Source: the human T2T-CHM13v2.0 reference genome, Homo sapiens | DNA length: 64,000 nucleotides | NCBI RefSeq assembly: GCF_009914755.1 | Contig: NC_060941.1 | Reading direction: 5' to 3' (one strand) | Shown: positions 22,035 through 41,428 of the stretch, in pieces | Position numbering within the stretch: position 1 is the first letter of the stretch | Layout of the letters: each line of letters starts with the position of its first letter | Translations under genes and position numbers: made by a program | The notes under the pieces: generated by a model | What the model was told of the DNA's origin: nothing | What the model saw: only the letters and a program-made list of their open reading frames with translations | Databases searched by the model: none

Positions 22035-23084
22035 TTAATGAAGTAGCAAATGAAAGGTTCGGAATACCAGGGACAGAAGGTAGAGGGGTTTTCTAATGTG
22101 CCTTTGTTTTCTGCTCAGTTCTTACCTGCATTGTTCCCCAGCCCTTTGTTGGGAGGAGCAGCCTCTCCTTGAATTGTTTTGTGATTTGAGTAAAACGGGA
22201 CTCCCCCTGTTCTAGAGAGGATGGGCAGAAAGAAATTCATTCCAAGTGAAGCTTTGTGGACATAGCCTGATCCTTGCTTTTCCCTTTAGAACATGACCTG
22301 CCTGCCTCTCCCACATGTGAGATGACTGACTCAGCTTTTTATTTCTCCTTTGGGACCTAGGCTAGGTGGGCTTTTCTACTCTCTACTAGAGCTATTACAA
22401 AATAGCCGATATGTAAACATTCTCATAACAAAAACCCAACCAGAAAAGCCACTGTCTTAAAGCCCTGTTCTATCCTCTCCCTTTGTAATACCGTCCTAAG
22501 TCAGTTGCTCCATGGGATGCGATGGCCCAGTTTGGCAGGACCATCTGTTCCTGGTTAAGGAAACCTTGTCCTATGACCAAGGAGCCTTGACCTATATAGC
22601 CACAGGTCCTTGTCTAGGAGGTAAACATATTGCCAGCACCCAGCACAGTGACTGACATGAGTGAGGGACAGGCGGGAAGAGGCCAATTGGTAGGTATTGC
22701 CAGATCCAAATTGGAAATGGTGGTGGCTTGTAGAGGGTGGTAGCAGGGGAGATAGTGGAAAGGGAAGGGGGTATTTTTGGGATCAAGCAGCAGGATTGGC
22801 TGATGGAGTGAATGTTGGAGGAGGGGGTGAATGAGAGAGGATGACTCCTGGGATTTTGGCTGGAGTAAGTAATAGTTTTGTAGCCCAAATGCTTAAAAGA
22901 TTGGACTCTGTTGTCTCTGTTCCTCAGCTCACCACATAGGATCCTGGCATCCACTGTGCTAGTGCAGTAATCAACTCGGTAATTGTTCCATATGGTGTCT
23001 CCACTGCCCTCTAATTGCAAATCTAAGTGACTTGGGTTCAGTCCCTGTCCTACTTGACAAGATAGCCTGTGGCATCATTGACTA

Positions 23085-27479
<4,395 letters not shown>

Positions 27480-28290
27480 CCCTCCCTCATTCTTTACCCT
27501 CCCTCAGAGTTAGGGTTTCTCATGGTCTTGTCCTTGGGTCTCTTCTCACACCAGGCCTGCTTCATGAATGATTCCTTCCTGCAGCCTGGCCTTGGTAAAC
27601 TGCTCCCTGGCCTCTGGTCACCTGTGTCTTATATCACACATGCCATTCCCTCTGCCCAGCTCACACTGCTCCGCTTTGTGCCTGTCAGTCTGTTGTACAC
27701 ACAATGAATTAGAGAAATGAAACTGTCACAGAGCATGGCTTTGTGGAGGGCAGAGATTTACACTTGCTTATTATCATCCAGCTGTGCAACCTTGTTGCCC
27801 TGTCTTACTTTCCACAGGCTTTGAGAAAGCAAGTGGGTGTGTGGGGCCATGGATGAATGAAGCCACATGGGATGGTGGGAAGAGAGCACATATAGCATTT
27901 AGAGTCTGATCCAGGTTCGGGTTCTGGCTTTGCCACTTAGCAGCCGTGTGACCCTGGGCAGGTTAACTGACCCTGTAAGCTCCCTTTCCCTCTCTGGAAA
28001 TGAGGCTGCTGATAATTCACCAAGTGGGATTGTGGTGAGAATTATCTTAAGAGAATGATTTAACTCTTAGCACAGTCCCTGGCATAAATGAGAGCCACAG
28101 CTCTAGAAGAGGTGCAAGTCCTTGTCTTGCTCATGGAAAGCATCCTGTTTGACAGGGAAATTGACTTTTCCAGGGAAGTTGGTAAGGACTTCCTGAAAAG
28201 AGATACTTCAGCTGGCAGAGATGTTCAGTGGGGTTCCCAGGCAGCAGGGAGTGCATGTGAGCTTTCCCGGTCGTTGTTAGACAGAAGTAG

Positions 28291-28593
<303 letters not shown>

Positions 28594-29380
28594 TGAGTGC
28601 CATTCAGTCTGGTCCTGGCCTGATGGCTGCCAGATGCATATTCTAGCAGGACTCTACATTAACTTGTAGAGTCTAAGACAGGGTCAGTGAACCACAGCCT
28701 GCTGGCCAGCTACCCGTTTTTGTCACTGAAGTTATTGGAACACAGCCACACCCACTTGTTTAATCATCCACAGCTGCTTTCATGGGACAGTGACAGAGCT
28801 GAGTAGTTGCAACAGAGGCTGAATGGCCCTCAGAGCCTAAATTATTACAGAAAAGTTTGCTGATCTCTGGTCTAAGAGATTAAAACAGCGTAGAACTTGA
28901 TTGCAGAATTCTGAGCTGTCTGATCAAAGGGTTAGCCCTTTGATCCTTTTGGTATTGGACTTTCCTTGTCACTTACAGCTTTGTTCTTGAATGTGCATGA
29001 AATCAGCTTACCACAGAGGTGAAGGCAAGAACTCTGGTACAACAGCTTTGGTGAGGGATATTTTATTAGGCTTGAGTTTTTTTCCTCCAAAGTTCACTAC
29101 CTGATAAAGTTTATCTTTGGTGATTAGTCATTATAGGGATGGGCTTGCAAAGAGGCCCTCATGATAGCTGCCTTCTCAAAGCAGTTTGCGTATTTTGAGA
29201 TGAAAGAGGAAATCCGTAATTAAAGTTAAGATGGAATGAGGAAGGCAATTGTGTCTGTGGTGCCCTCAGCCGTTCAACTGAGGATATAACATTGAAAATA
29301 TTGACCATATCAGTGAAGAATGGGCTTGGAAAAGGCAATGGTAATAGTTGTGTTTATGTTTTGTTTAAAATTTGAAAGGG

Positions 29381-30360
<980 letters not shown>

Positions 30361-32176
30361 TGTTTAACTTACTTATCTCTAGACATTTTGGACCTGGGCC
30401 CAGAGTATCAGGGTGTTAAAACTCCACTTATCCACAATTTTAAAAGGGTGAAGTGACTTGCTAGGAATCTAAGAGAAGTGTGCAGAGGCAATGGCTTAGC
30501 TGCGTCCAGGTGAAGCATACATCATTTCTTGGAAAAGGGCAGCTGAGTGTGAGCCTCATTTCTCTTCCCCTTCTACTCAGCTCTCCTGGGGGAGGTGCCA
30601 GCTGACTAATTCAGACTTGTCACCATCTAGGCACTGAACTCTTTATGTCATAATTTAAGAATATGTTTTTTAAATCACTAAGTAGTTTTGATTTGTTTTC
30701 ATTTTTAAAAAAAGGTTTGACTTTGGAATTCATGGCAGCAAATGTCGTGAAATCAAGGTGTAGTATACAATTTAGGGGCTACTTTCTTTGCCTTCCTGAG
30801 GCTGGAGGTGTGGTCGGAAGCTTACTTGGGTCTCTGGTCAATATCTGTCTCTTTTGTTCTTTTCCCAAGACCTCGGTTCCTCAGTTTGATAATGCATCTT
30901 GGTAGGATAGAATATTTTAGCCTCATGGAAAATACGGAGGCCCAGGCTGAGTCTGCATTCTCCAATCTTACCAAACCCCCAAGAAGCCTCCCTCAGGTGC
31001 AGTGCAGTGTGCCAGGCAGGTTCGAGTTCCCAAAGGGTTTGGCAGGCATGTTTCTCTGTGAGGGTCTAGAGAAGCAGCAATATATAAAAGAAGCAGCAAT
31101 ATATAAAACCTTTAGCAGAAACAAAAAAATGTGGTTTGATTCCTGGCTCAATGAACTTGGGCAAGGCCTTTTCTGAGCTCTTTCTTGGGCCTCAGCTTGC
31201 TCATCTACAGGGTGAGGGAGTAGGTGTCAGTGATTCCCCAGGCCACTTTCAACCCTTCCGCTCAATTCTCATTACTAATAGTTGTTAATATTTCTTTGGA
31301 TTCAATCTGGAACTAGGTAGAGATTTGGTTTTCTTTTCCACTTTGCTGCTTTTCTGCTCCTTTCTGAGCTTTTAATCCTCTTTTTATCAAATTACCTTTT
31401 ATTTAAAATAAATGACTTTGAATCTGTACTGTATATTTACCTGAATAGTCTATTTATTGTAATTACATTTTTCTGAAATGGCTTTTATGTACTTAATAGT
31501 TTCCTTATTTTGTTACACTCTTGGATTTTATTTTATTAATTACCTTACTAGAATTAGAAGGGATTTAGAGCAGAAGTATTGTACACAAAGTAAAGTTCCA
31601 ATAAAGCTTATAAGCTACAGAAGGCATTGTGGGAGATGTGGGTTTTAAAAGGTCGAGAAACATAAGAGGTTAATGTTGATAAATTTCATTAGGCCTTTGA
31701 CAACTAAATATGACATTTGAACCTTGAGATTGCAGCAGCCCTTCCTCAGTCTTCAATAGGAAGGATTAAATTCAGTACTACTTTTGAATTTTAGAAACAA
31801 AATTGTATACCAGTTTTTGAATTCCATGTAGAGACTTCAGCTTCCTACTGAAAATGCTAGGATAATAAGTTAGTACTCTCATCTTCTGTCTCTACTCTGA
31901 CATTAGCTAGTTGACAGTGGACAGAATATAGCCTTCATTATCACGTTGTCTTACTCTTATTGTTATTGTTGTTTTTTGAGGAAGGGCATAATCCTTTGGC
32001 CTAAACCGTGCTTCCTAGGCTTCCTAGGGATATGTAGTCCTTTTTTGTACAATGCATGTAGAGTCTCTTCAGACAGGAGGTGTCTGAGTCCCAGTGCTGA
32101 GCTTGTGTTGCAAGGCTGGTTGTGGGTAGGTTTTTAAAGCAGCTGAGTAAACTGAATCCTTTTTTCCTCTCTCCAG

Positions 32177-32191
32177 GCAGAATATTACTGA
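32177..32191 (+). CDS. ALDH3A2: ALDH3A2 exon 10 coding part (AEYY*); total 485 aa
   Basis: Long polypyrimidine tract and CCAG acceptor; GCA GAA TAT TAC TGA. Confidence 0.97.
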   Translation, partial: AEYY

Positions 32192-34215
32192 AGAATGATC
32201 CTGTTCAACCTCCTAGTGCCTCTACTGAATTATTCCTCTTTTAAATGGTTAATGAACCAATAATTTTTAAATCATACCAAAAATAGTAAGAAAATATGCA
32301 AACACTCTGTGATCAAACTTAAAAGTCATTGCCATTCATCATTAATAAAAGTTGCCATTTCAACTACGTCCCAACATTCCCTAATAGGGTATTCAGGGAA
32401 CCTGTCTTAAATTGTGCTTATCTAAATCTTGGAACTTTGAGCTAGGGGAGGAGAATGTATTAGACTAAATACAAACTGCGGGGTTGTAAGGGAGTCTCAG
32501 AACCTCACTGAATCCTTCACTCCAGTTAATGGCACTGCTCACTTCCTGCCTCTGCTGCCACCATCACTGTGTGAAGCTTTCAAGAGCTTGGTACTTCCCA
32601 GGGCTACCGGCAGTCCTCTGTAGTCCAGAGAGGTGAGATTAGATCTTCTTGGTTCCCTGTGAGGTTTCAGGCACTAAAACTCTATGTGGGGAAGGGAGGG
32701 GTTACTCCTCCTCCAATGGGACTCAAGGACTTGACCTCCAGGAGTAGGCCCCTGGTCAGAAGTGCCATCTCACCAGTGGTCTTCATTCTTCCTCATTCAT
32801 TCTTTATCATCCTGTGTTCTGTTTAGTTGCAACAATCTCTTGTGACTAATGTCACTCAAAGCATCTTGTAAATCCTAGGGCTTCCTGGAAGTTAGTTGCC
32901 AAAGTCATGCAAGCATCACCTGTCATTCTTGTGTTGGAGTTATAGAATTCTACATCTTATAAAACCTAACTGGCATTTAAAAAATACTGTGGCCGGGCGT
33001 GGTGGCTCATGCCTGTAATCCCAGCACTTTGGGAGGCCGAGGTGGGAGGATTGCTTGAGTCCAGGAATTTGAGACCAGCCTGGACAACACAGTGAGACCT
33101 CATCTCTATCAAAAAATAAAAATTAGCTAGATGTGGTGGCATGAGCCTGTGTTCCCAGCTGCTTAGGAGGCTGAAGCAGGAGGATTGATTGAGCCTGCGA
33201 GGCCAAGGCTGCAGCAGGCTGTGATTGCACCACTGCACTTCAGCTTGGGCAACAGAGCAAGACCCTGTCTCCGAAACAAATAAAAAATACTGTAATAAAA
33301 GTACTTATAAACATACTAATCCTCTTTCAGGACCCTAAAGTTGCAGGTTAGTAGGTCTTCAAGGACAAATCTGTAAGTTTCTTATTTCTGTAGTGCAAGT
33401 AAAATTTCACTTTTTGAAACTATAGAGAGATCCCTTTCTGATTAGCCTACAGAACTTAAAGTGAGGGAACCATTTCCTCTCACAGACAAAGAGGCCTGGG
33501 ATATTAGGACTTTGGGGTTTGAGAGCATCATGGGGCAGACAGATGGTGGATGGTCTGGACAAGAAGCGAGTAAGCCACTGCGGTTGGTCATACTGAAGGG
33601 AATTGATGGCAAGAGGATCCCCTGAGCAAGTCAGAAGTTACTCTCATCAGTCGTTCATGGTCACAACCTGAGGTACTCTGCTGAGTGGGCAAGGCTGAAG
33701 AAGAGGCCTGTGGAATGCAGCATTACCTGCTGGACAGAGCAGGGCAGGCAGTTCTATGCCTTGGAGCTCCTGACTGCAGGGACTCTGTCCCCACACTCAA
33801 AAAGACTCAGCTCACTCAATGAGAGAATGTGATTTACTTTATAGAACGTATAATCAACTTTGTTGAATAATTTGTTCTATTAAGGCTGTCTAAAGTATGT
33901 GATGTCTTCATCATAGTATGAAGTGTTGAAAATTAATAACGAGCCTAGTTTAGGAAAAAGCTGCTTAAAACTGTGGCTCTAAGAGAGTAATCATAAAATA
34001 CCTTAGATAAAATTGCACTATGGAATTTTCATTGAGTATGTTTAAATTATTGGCTTGTCTACTAATACACATCTGCTTCAAAATGAACATATTTCATAAA
34101 ATTGGCATCAATTTTAATGACGCTCCTGGTATGGAACCTCAGATATACCCTATTGGAGACAATCCTTTGATCATAAATTCTCCCCAACTATAAATCATTT
34201 TATGTCTTTATCATA
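32192..34215 (+). other. ALDH3A2: ALDH3A2 3' UTR with alternative polyA signals (AATAAA 32344-32349, AATAAA 33294-33299, distal TATAAA 34189-34194); contains a sense Alu
   Basis: Hexamers seen directly; GU/U-rich tract follows about 34215; the distal end is approximate. Confidence 0.7.
32991..33287 (+). repeat. Alu in the ALDH3A2 3' UTR
   Basis: Full dimer; TSD TAAAAAATACTGT. Confidence 0.9.
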
Positions 34216-34934
34216 GATGGTATTTGTCAACTTTTTTTTTCTCATTTTAAAATTCTTAGCTGAGAAGATTTTCTCAAACTTTATGTTCTGCTGTGTGTGT
34301 TGGGGGTGGTGGTTAGTAGCTATAGTAAATAGGTTTTTCCAGTGGCATCCTCCTACCCCCAGTTGCTGATCTAGAACAAGTGTTTCTGTAAGCATATTTG
34401 TAGAACACTAATCCCGCAAGATTTTACACAAAAAAATGGTCCTGCCACCAGTCCTGTATACCACTGGCTTGTAAAGCACATCAGCAAACTAAAGGACCCA
34501 GGTCATTTGGAACCTCTGAAGTGCTAGTGTGTGCAGCTCCCAGACTTCCTTGACCGCGGAGCCGTTTACCTTAATACCTGTTAACCATGGACCACACTTG
34601 GGCAAACAGTGGCATAGAGTCTGGAATTGCTTCCATGATGACTTTGCTGTGCTCTGTTCCTACTTGTTTTGTGCCCTTATTTATATCATGTCACTACTAG
34701 AAGAAAAAGTTCAGTAAGAACAAGTATTTCTCAAAGTCTGTGATAAGTGAAAATGCTGATGGAATGAAAGAACTGTAGAAAAGGGGAAGAAGGGTGTATG
34801 GACAGCCACTGCCCTGGTCAGGGTCTCACAGCACCTGCATCTGCCAGGAGCACACGGGTTGTCTGGACAGGGCCCACTGGTCCCCTTCTCAGAGCTTCAC
34901 AGAGGCTTTATGACAGACTTGAGCAGCAGGCTGT

Positions 34935-35304
34935 GCCCAGGAAATGTGTAATCTTTAATATAACAGTGGTTTTTGTGATTTTATCTGCAGTGTCCCATTT
35001 GAAGCCATTTACATTATTAATAATAGTGACAATCCCTGGACTCTGACTCGTGCAGTTGGCTGATGTCTTCTGTAGAGCAGTCCAAGTCACAGAAGAAAAC
35101 TCCAGCTTGACCAGAACAGAATTGTCAAGTCTGTTCAGACCCCTCTGAGTGTCACCACAAGGAATCAGCCAAAGTTCTTTTTTTGAGGAGTGGTTCAAAG
35201 TGTCCACCTGCACTAGACCCCATTGGTGTTTTTGCAGGGCAGACCGTGGTGTGTTTGCATACTGGGGACAGCCACTCCTGGCTTTCTATTTCCAAGCTTC
35301 TTTG
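34935..35304 (-). other. SLC47A2: SLC47A2 3' UTR with ATTAAA polyA signal (34959-34954)
   Basis: TTTAAT on + strand at 34954-34959; cleavage site approximate. Confidence 0.7.
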
Positions 35305-35525
35305 CTAGTGCCTGGTGGCTAGGATCCTGACCGTGAGCCCCACCATCAGTGTGGCTGACGCCGCCCCCAGAGCAGCCCCACGGCGGATGACCAGCTGTTT
35401 CACTGATAGTCTGCTGGTAGGAGCTGAAAGGGCGTGGGCCTCCTCTGGAGTCCTGAAGAAGTCCACGTGGCACTCAGACCTTGAATACGTTGTCAAGGTA
35501 ATGCCAGGGGAACTGCCTGTAGCCA
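35305..35525 (-). CDS. SLC47A2: MATE2 terminal exon (exon 17), VATGSSPG...VRILATRH*
   Basis: TTCCGCAG acceptor on - strand, TAG at 35307-35305; hydrophobic C-terminal helix; known MATE2-K C-terminus. Confidence 0.96.
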
Positions 35526-36570
35526 CTGCGGAAGCAAACAGGAGCAAACTCAGCAGGTCAGGGGTCAGAGGGAGAGCTTTGGCCTTGGAATCGGGAAACC
35601 TAGGTTAACCACCTGGCTGTGTTTGTTACACCTCACAAGGGACGATGCCTATACAGTAGAAAAATAACTGCTTTATCTACTTTACAAGCAAGATCAGAGG
35701 AGGAGATATGCAGGAAAGCATCTTAAACTGTGAATTTCACGTGCAGATAATGCTTACTACTAGGATCTCATGAGGAGTGTTCTTGTCAACGCTTGGCCCT
35801 GTGATGATCTGTGGCTTCAAAAGCACGTGGGAAACACAATTAATCATGTCTTACCGTATTCTCTCATGACAACTTACGCTCCCAGAGTTTTAGCTGGCTC
35901 ACTACTGCCCTGATCAAGGATTAGCCCAGGATGGATGAGGTCATGGAGACATCATCTGTGTGAGCTTTGGGCCATGTGCACACACGCCTGGCACTCAGGA
36001 CCAGCCCTGGGGCAGAGCTGGGGCCATCACTTCATGACATGGACACTGGGCACAAACCAGAGAGATGTTTGTCTGCCTGATGGGGTGGAGAGAGGTAGAT
36101 AGCAGGTGCCCCCCCAAAGCCAATGAGTCAAGCCAGGCTGGCTGACAAGCCAGGCTCCCCACAAGTTAAAAGTTGGCCTTCCGTCTTGAGCAGAGTTCAG
36201 TGGGGGAGATCATGGGCTCTTGAATCTGACGGGTTGATGCGCAGATCTTATGTCTGGCCTTTACAAGTTGTGGGATGAGGGAGGAAATACCTAAGTTCTT
36301 TCAGCCTCACTTCCTCATCTGAAAATGGGCATACATCTAGTTGCCTCTCAAGGCCAAAGACTTGGTGTGGGGCCTGGTACTTGCATGCCTGCTAGACAAT
36401 AGATGTTGTTGTCTTCCTGGTGCTTAGGACATCATTTTCATAATAATGGGAAGAAAAATAGCTTGGGCTTGTACAATTTCCAATTGCATGAGGCACAGAG
36501 GGCAGACAAGAGCAACATGCCACTGACATTTATATGTGTACCAAAGTAGAAGCAGCGGTGACAGTATTAC

Positions 36571-36658
36571 CTGAAGATAGGACTGCTTTCTCAGGCCCAG
36601 GTCTGGTTGCAGTGCTCTCTGCTCTCTGCTGCTGCTGCCGGCCTGAATGTTTCTTAGC
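36571..36658 (-). CDS. SLC47A2: SLC47A2 exon 16 (AKKHSGRQQQQRAESTATRPGPEKAVLSS)
   Basis: TTTAG acceptor, CAG|GTAATA donor, 88 nt, phase matches neighbours. Confidence 0.95.
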
Positions 36659-36813
36659 CTAAAGGAGAAAGAACTCAATTGGGTCAACCTGCCAGCTCAA
36701 CAGTTCACCCCTTCACTGCTAGCCTCGCATTCTCTGTTTTTAAAACATTGCAAGCTGAAGCAGCATATATGCATGTATTCATAGTCATGGGGCTTTTAGA
36801 AAGTATCATTTTA

Positions 36814-37113
<300 letters not shown>

Positions 37114-37644
37114 TCATTTTAAATATCTGTTTATCCAGCATCTTAAGTGTCAGGATGACTTTTTCTGTGCACAAAGGCAAAACCACACCCTGATAGGATT
37201 CAGGGTCTTTGAGAGAACACTGCTTCTGTGCTCTGCTTGCAGACTTGAGTTGTGCCTTTGCTGTGCCTGAGATGCAAAGGCTGCCCTGCCCTGTTTAAAA
37301 AGGACATCAAAGAGGATGGTGGGCAGGGTGATTTTATGACCCCTTCCAAAGTCAAGGCACACGCTCGGGGGTTCATCTGGGTTCAGACTAGTTTGAGTTC
37401 TTTGCGTTTGTTTGGTTTTCCACAGATGGGGCTGTCTAAGGAAGGTTTTTGGTTTTGTTTCTGTTTATAACTGCAGAGCATGCTTCTTATACTGGCCAAT
37501 TACAGTGACAGGAGCCACTGTTGAGGCTCAGGTGGCCCCTCTGTAATCCCCCACAAAACACCTGCAGCACGCCTGTAATCCCAGCACTTTGGGAGGCCAA
37601 GGTGGGCGGATCACGAGGTCAGGAGATCGAGACCATCCTGGCTA

Positions 37645-37968
<324 letters not shown>

Positions 37969-37985
37969 TCAGCTGACCCACTTAC

Positions 37986-38080
37986 CTCCTCTGCAGCAAG
38001 CTTCCAGTCCAGCCGGGCAGTATAAGCAACAAAGGCAGCAGTTGCCAGGAAGACACAGGCCAGCATGCCCAGCCAGAGGC
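37986..38080 (-). CDS. SLC47A2: SLC47A2 exon 15 (GLWLGMLACV...LDWKLAAEE)
   Basis: CTCCAG acceptor, GAG|GTAAGT donor, 95 nt; GLWxG MATE motif. Confidence 0.96.
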
Positions 38081-38156
38081 CTGGAGGAGACAAGTGATGA
38101 TGGGAACAATGTCCGACGACCACCCAGGCCTCTCCCGACTTCCTCACACCACATAC

Positions 38157-38289
38157 CCATGATTCTCATTCTGACCACAAAGGTCAGAAGGATGCCCAGT
38201 GGTAGGCCGATGATGTAATATGTGATGGCATTCACAGCGGCACCAAAGGCCTGCTTCCCAGTTCCTCTCAGAACTCCGCCATAGACACA
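38157..38289 (-). CDS. SLC47A2: SLC47A2 exon 14 (CVYGGVLRGTGKQ...YYIIGLPLG...MRIMG)
   Basis: CCTAG acceptor, G|GTATGT donor, 133 nt; GVLRGxGxQ MATE motif; the following intron is 76 nt. Confidence 0.96.
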
Positions 38290-38634
38290 CTAGGAGGGGA
38301 GACAGAAATGGGCAAGAGTCAGGATGATGAGACTAAGAGCAGGTGTCATGCAGCAGGCACTGTGCTAAGCCATTCGCATGGCATTGCTTCACTGAGTTCT
38401 CACAGCACTGGATGGGTGCCCTTATCTCCCTTTCTTCCCTGAGGGTGGCTGTCCAAGACAGGTCAGATCACTTGTCCATGTTACACAGAAGTAACTGTGT
38501 TTTGAACACAACCCTACAGTACTCAGGCTTCACTGCCACACCATATGGCCTCCCTAGAAAGTAAAGGTAGAATTGGTGGCCAGCAACCAGTTGGTCTGGG
38601 AGACTGGACTAACTTCACATGATACAGAGGTGGT

Positions 38635-38947
38635 GTGTTGGTTTCCTGTGGCTACTGTAGCAAATTACTGCAAATATTGTGGCTTAAAATAACATAAATT
38701 TGGGCCGGGCATGGTGGCTCATGCCTGTAATCCCAGCACTTTAGGAGGCTGAGGAGGGCAGATCACTTGAGGTCAGGAGTTCAAGACCAGCCTGGCTAAA
38801 ATGGTGAAACCCCATCTCTAAAAATACAAAAATTAGCCAGGCAAGGTGGCACTGTAATCCCAGCTACTTGGGAGGCTAAGGCACGAGAATTGCTTGAACC
38901 TAGGATGCACCACTGCACTCTAGCCTGGGCGACAGAGCGAGACTTGG

Positions 38948-38986
<39 letters not shown>

Positions 38987-39372
38987 TTTATTATTTTATT
39001 TTACAGTTCTGGAGGTTAGAAGTTTGAATTGGGTCTCACTGTGCCAAAATCAAGAGCTTGTTCCTTCTGAAGGCCCTAGTTGAGAATGTGTCTCTGCTTT
39101 TTCTAGCTTCTAGAATTCCTTCTGTATTCATTGGCTGGTGGCCCCACATCACTCTAACCTCTGCTTCCAGCCTCACATCTCCTCTGACTCTCCTGCCTCC
39201 CTCTTCTAAGGACCCTTGTATTTACATTGGGCCCACTTGGATGACCCAGGATAATCCCCCTATCTCCAGATTCTTAATCACACCTGCAAAGTCCCATTTG
39301 CCTTGAAACACTCACAGGTTCTGGGGATTATGATGTGGACGTTGAAACTTGGGGGCCATTATTTTGCCTACC
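38635..39372 (-). mobile_element. MLT1-type MaLR LTR interrupted by an Alu with a (CA)18 tail (38949-38984)
   Basis: MLT1-like motifs (TTACAGTTCTGGAGG...CCCAGGATAATC). Confidence 0.65.
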
Positions 39373-41428
39373 ATGCATGGCAAACAGTGGTTGTTAGCTT
39401 ATTCCATATGAGACAAGCAGCCCTCACCCACTGCTGTCTGTGATTATGTCTCATCTCAAAGATGAGAATTGCTCTGGAAAAAGTACTGTTTATTTCATTA
39501 GTCTCATTTTCCCAACGTGATTCCAGATCTTCTGAACTACAGGCACAGCTCATCCTTGGTCAGGATTATTGGCCAATAGATATTTGGTTATTTTTATTTT
39601 GTTCCTGTGAGAGGTGGGGAGTATTTTGTGGTTTGTACACATTTGAACAAAGAGGTAATGCACTGGGGTTAGGAGATGTATGCCTCTTGAACTTTGTAAT
39701 ATGGTATGTATATTTCTGGTTATTATATGTCATGGCATGATCTTTTTTGGCTAAAGACTTCTCCCAAATTATGATTGATGTACCCTGGACCAGTGTTTCT
39801 CAAATGGGGATGACAAATTCTGGGATGTTTTTGTTGTGACAACTGTGGGGGTGTGGTGGGGGAAAGTGTTACAGCATCTAGTGGGTAGAGACCAAGGATG
39901 CTGCTAAACATCCTACAATGCCCAGGGGACCGCCCTCCCCCCACCAAACAAAGAGTTATCTGGTCTAAAGTGCCAGTAGTGCTGAGGTTGAGAAACTCTG
40001 ATTTAGAGTATTGTGAATTAAAGTGGCAATTTCAGTGGCAGGAAGGGCCAGTGGCTTTGCTAGCCTGAGGTTGTGGGCCTGTTTGGGAGAAGCCATCGAC
40101 CAGTGGACTAGGCAGGGATTTAAGAGGGAGTTTGATGAGGTAAAACAGCCAAGGGAATGGGGAGGTACTGGTAAGTTCTCTACATATCCCAAGCTGACCA
40201 GAGGCTGTGCATATGGTGTAGCAGAGACCAAGCCTCCCACATGTTCCTGGACAATGGAGCCTGTCCACATGGGCTGAAGAGACCCGTAGTACCCAGAAGA
40301 AAGTAAAAGCCAGGACTCACTTGAAAACAGCTGGAACTCTGAATACGTCTCTAGCCCACACATGGATCTGTCAGCAGAGAATGGAAGCTTTGCTAGCTAT
40401 CAGAGGTGTTGAACACAGTCTCTGACCAGTAATTGGCTGAACACTAAGCTCTGCAGACATTTTTAATCCTAGAAAGAACATTTTAAACTAGAAAGCTAGA
40501 CTTAAAAAAATAAGAACAAGGGGGAAAAAACTGAGCAAGAGACATCAGCAGCTGTACATTGTAGAGGAGACAGGAGTCACAGAATCAGTCTAAGCAAGTT
40601 ACTTAACCAACACAATGACATTCCTTGGGTCTCACATGCAGCATTCTCCAGGATAGACCTGCGGTAGGCCACAAAACAAATCTCAATAAACTAAACTTAA
40701 AACAATCTTTTTTAAGAGATGGAGTCTTGCTATGTTACCCTGGCTGGTCTTGAACTCCTAGGCTCAAGTAGTGCTCTCATCTCAGTCTCCTGAGTACCTG
40801 GGACTACAGGCACATTCCATCATGCCTGGCAAATTTTGAAAGACTGAATTCATACAAAGTATGTTCTCTGGCCACAACAGAATTAAATTAGAGATGCCTG
40901 CCAGAAATAAAACCCCAAATATTTGGAAATTAAATGCACTTCTAAACCATAAGTCAAAGAATAAATCACATGAGAAATTTAAAAATATTTCAAACTTGAA
41001 AATTTTGATGAACATCAAAATTTATTAGATGCAACTAAGGCAATGCTTAGAGGGAAATGTACAGCTTCAAATGCCTATATTGGAAAGGGAGAAAGGTCTC
41101 GAATCAATGACCTACTATTCTACCCTAAGAAGCTAGTAAAGAAGAACAAACTATACCTAAATGAAGTAAAAGGATAAGAATGTAAAAGATTAGTGTGGGC
41201 CAGGCATGGTGGCTCACACCTGTAATCCCAGCACTTTGGGAGGCCAAGGCAGGAGGACTGCTTGAGGCCAGGAGTTAGAGACCAGCTTGGGCAATATAGC
41301 AAGACTCTTTCTACAAAAAAAAAAAAAAAATTAAAAGTTAAAAAATAAATAGATAAAAGATTAGTGTGAAATCATTGAAATAAACAGCAGAAGACTAAAA
41401 CATGCATCTATTAAAAAAACTACTTTTC

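Noticed and set aside
31071-31108. 19-bp perfect tandem duplication GAAGCAGCAATATATAAAA
   Set aside because: Ordinary slippage duplication with no evidence of function.
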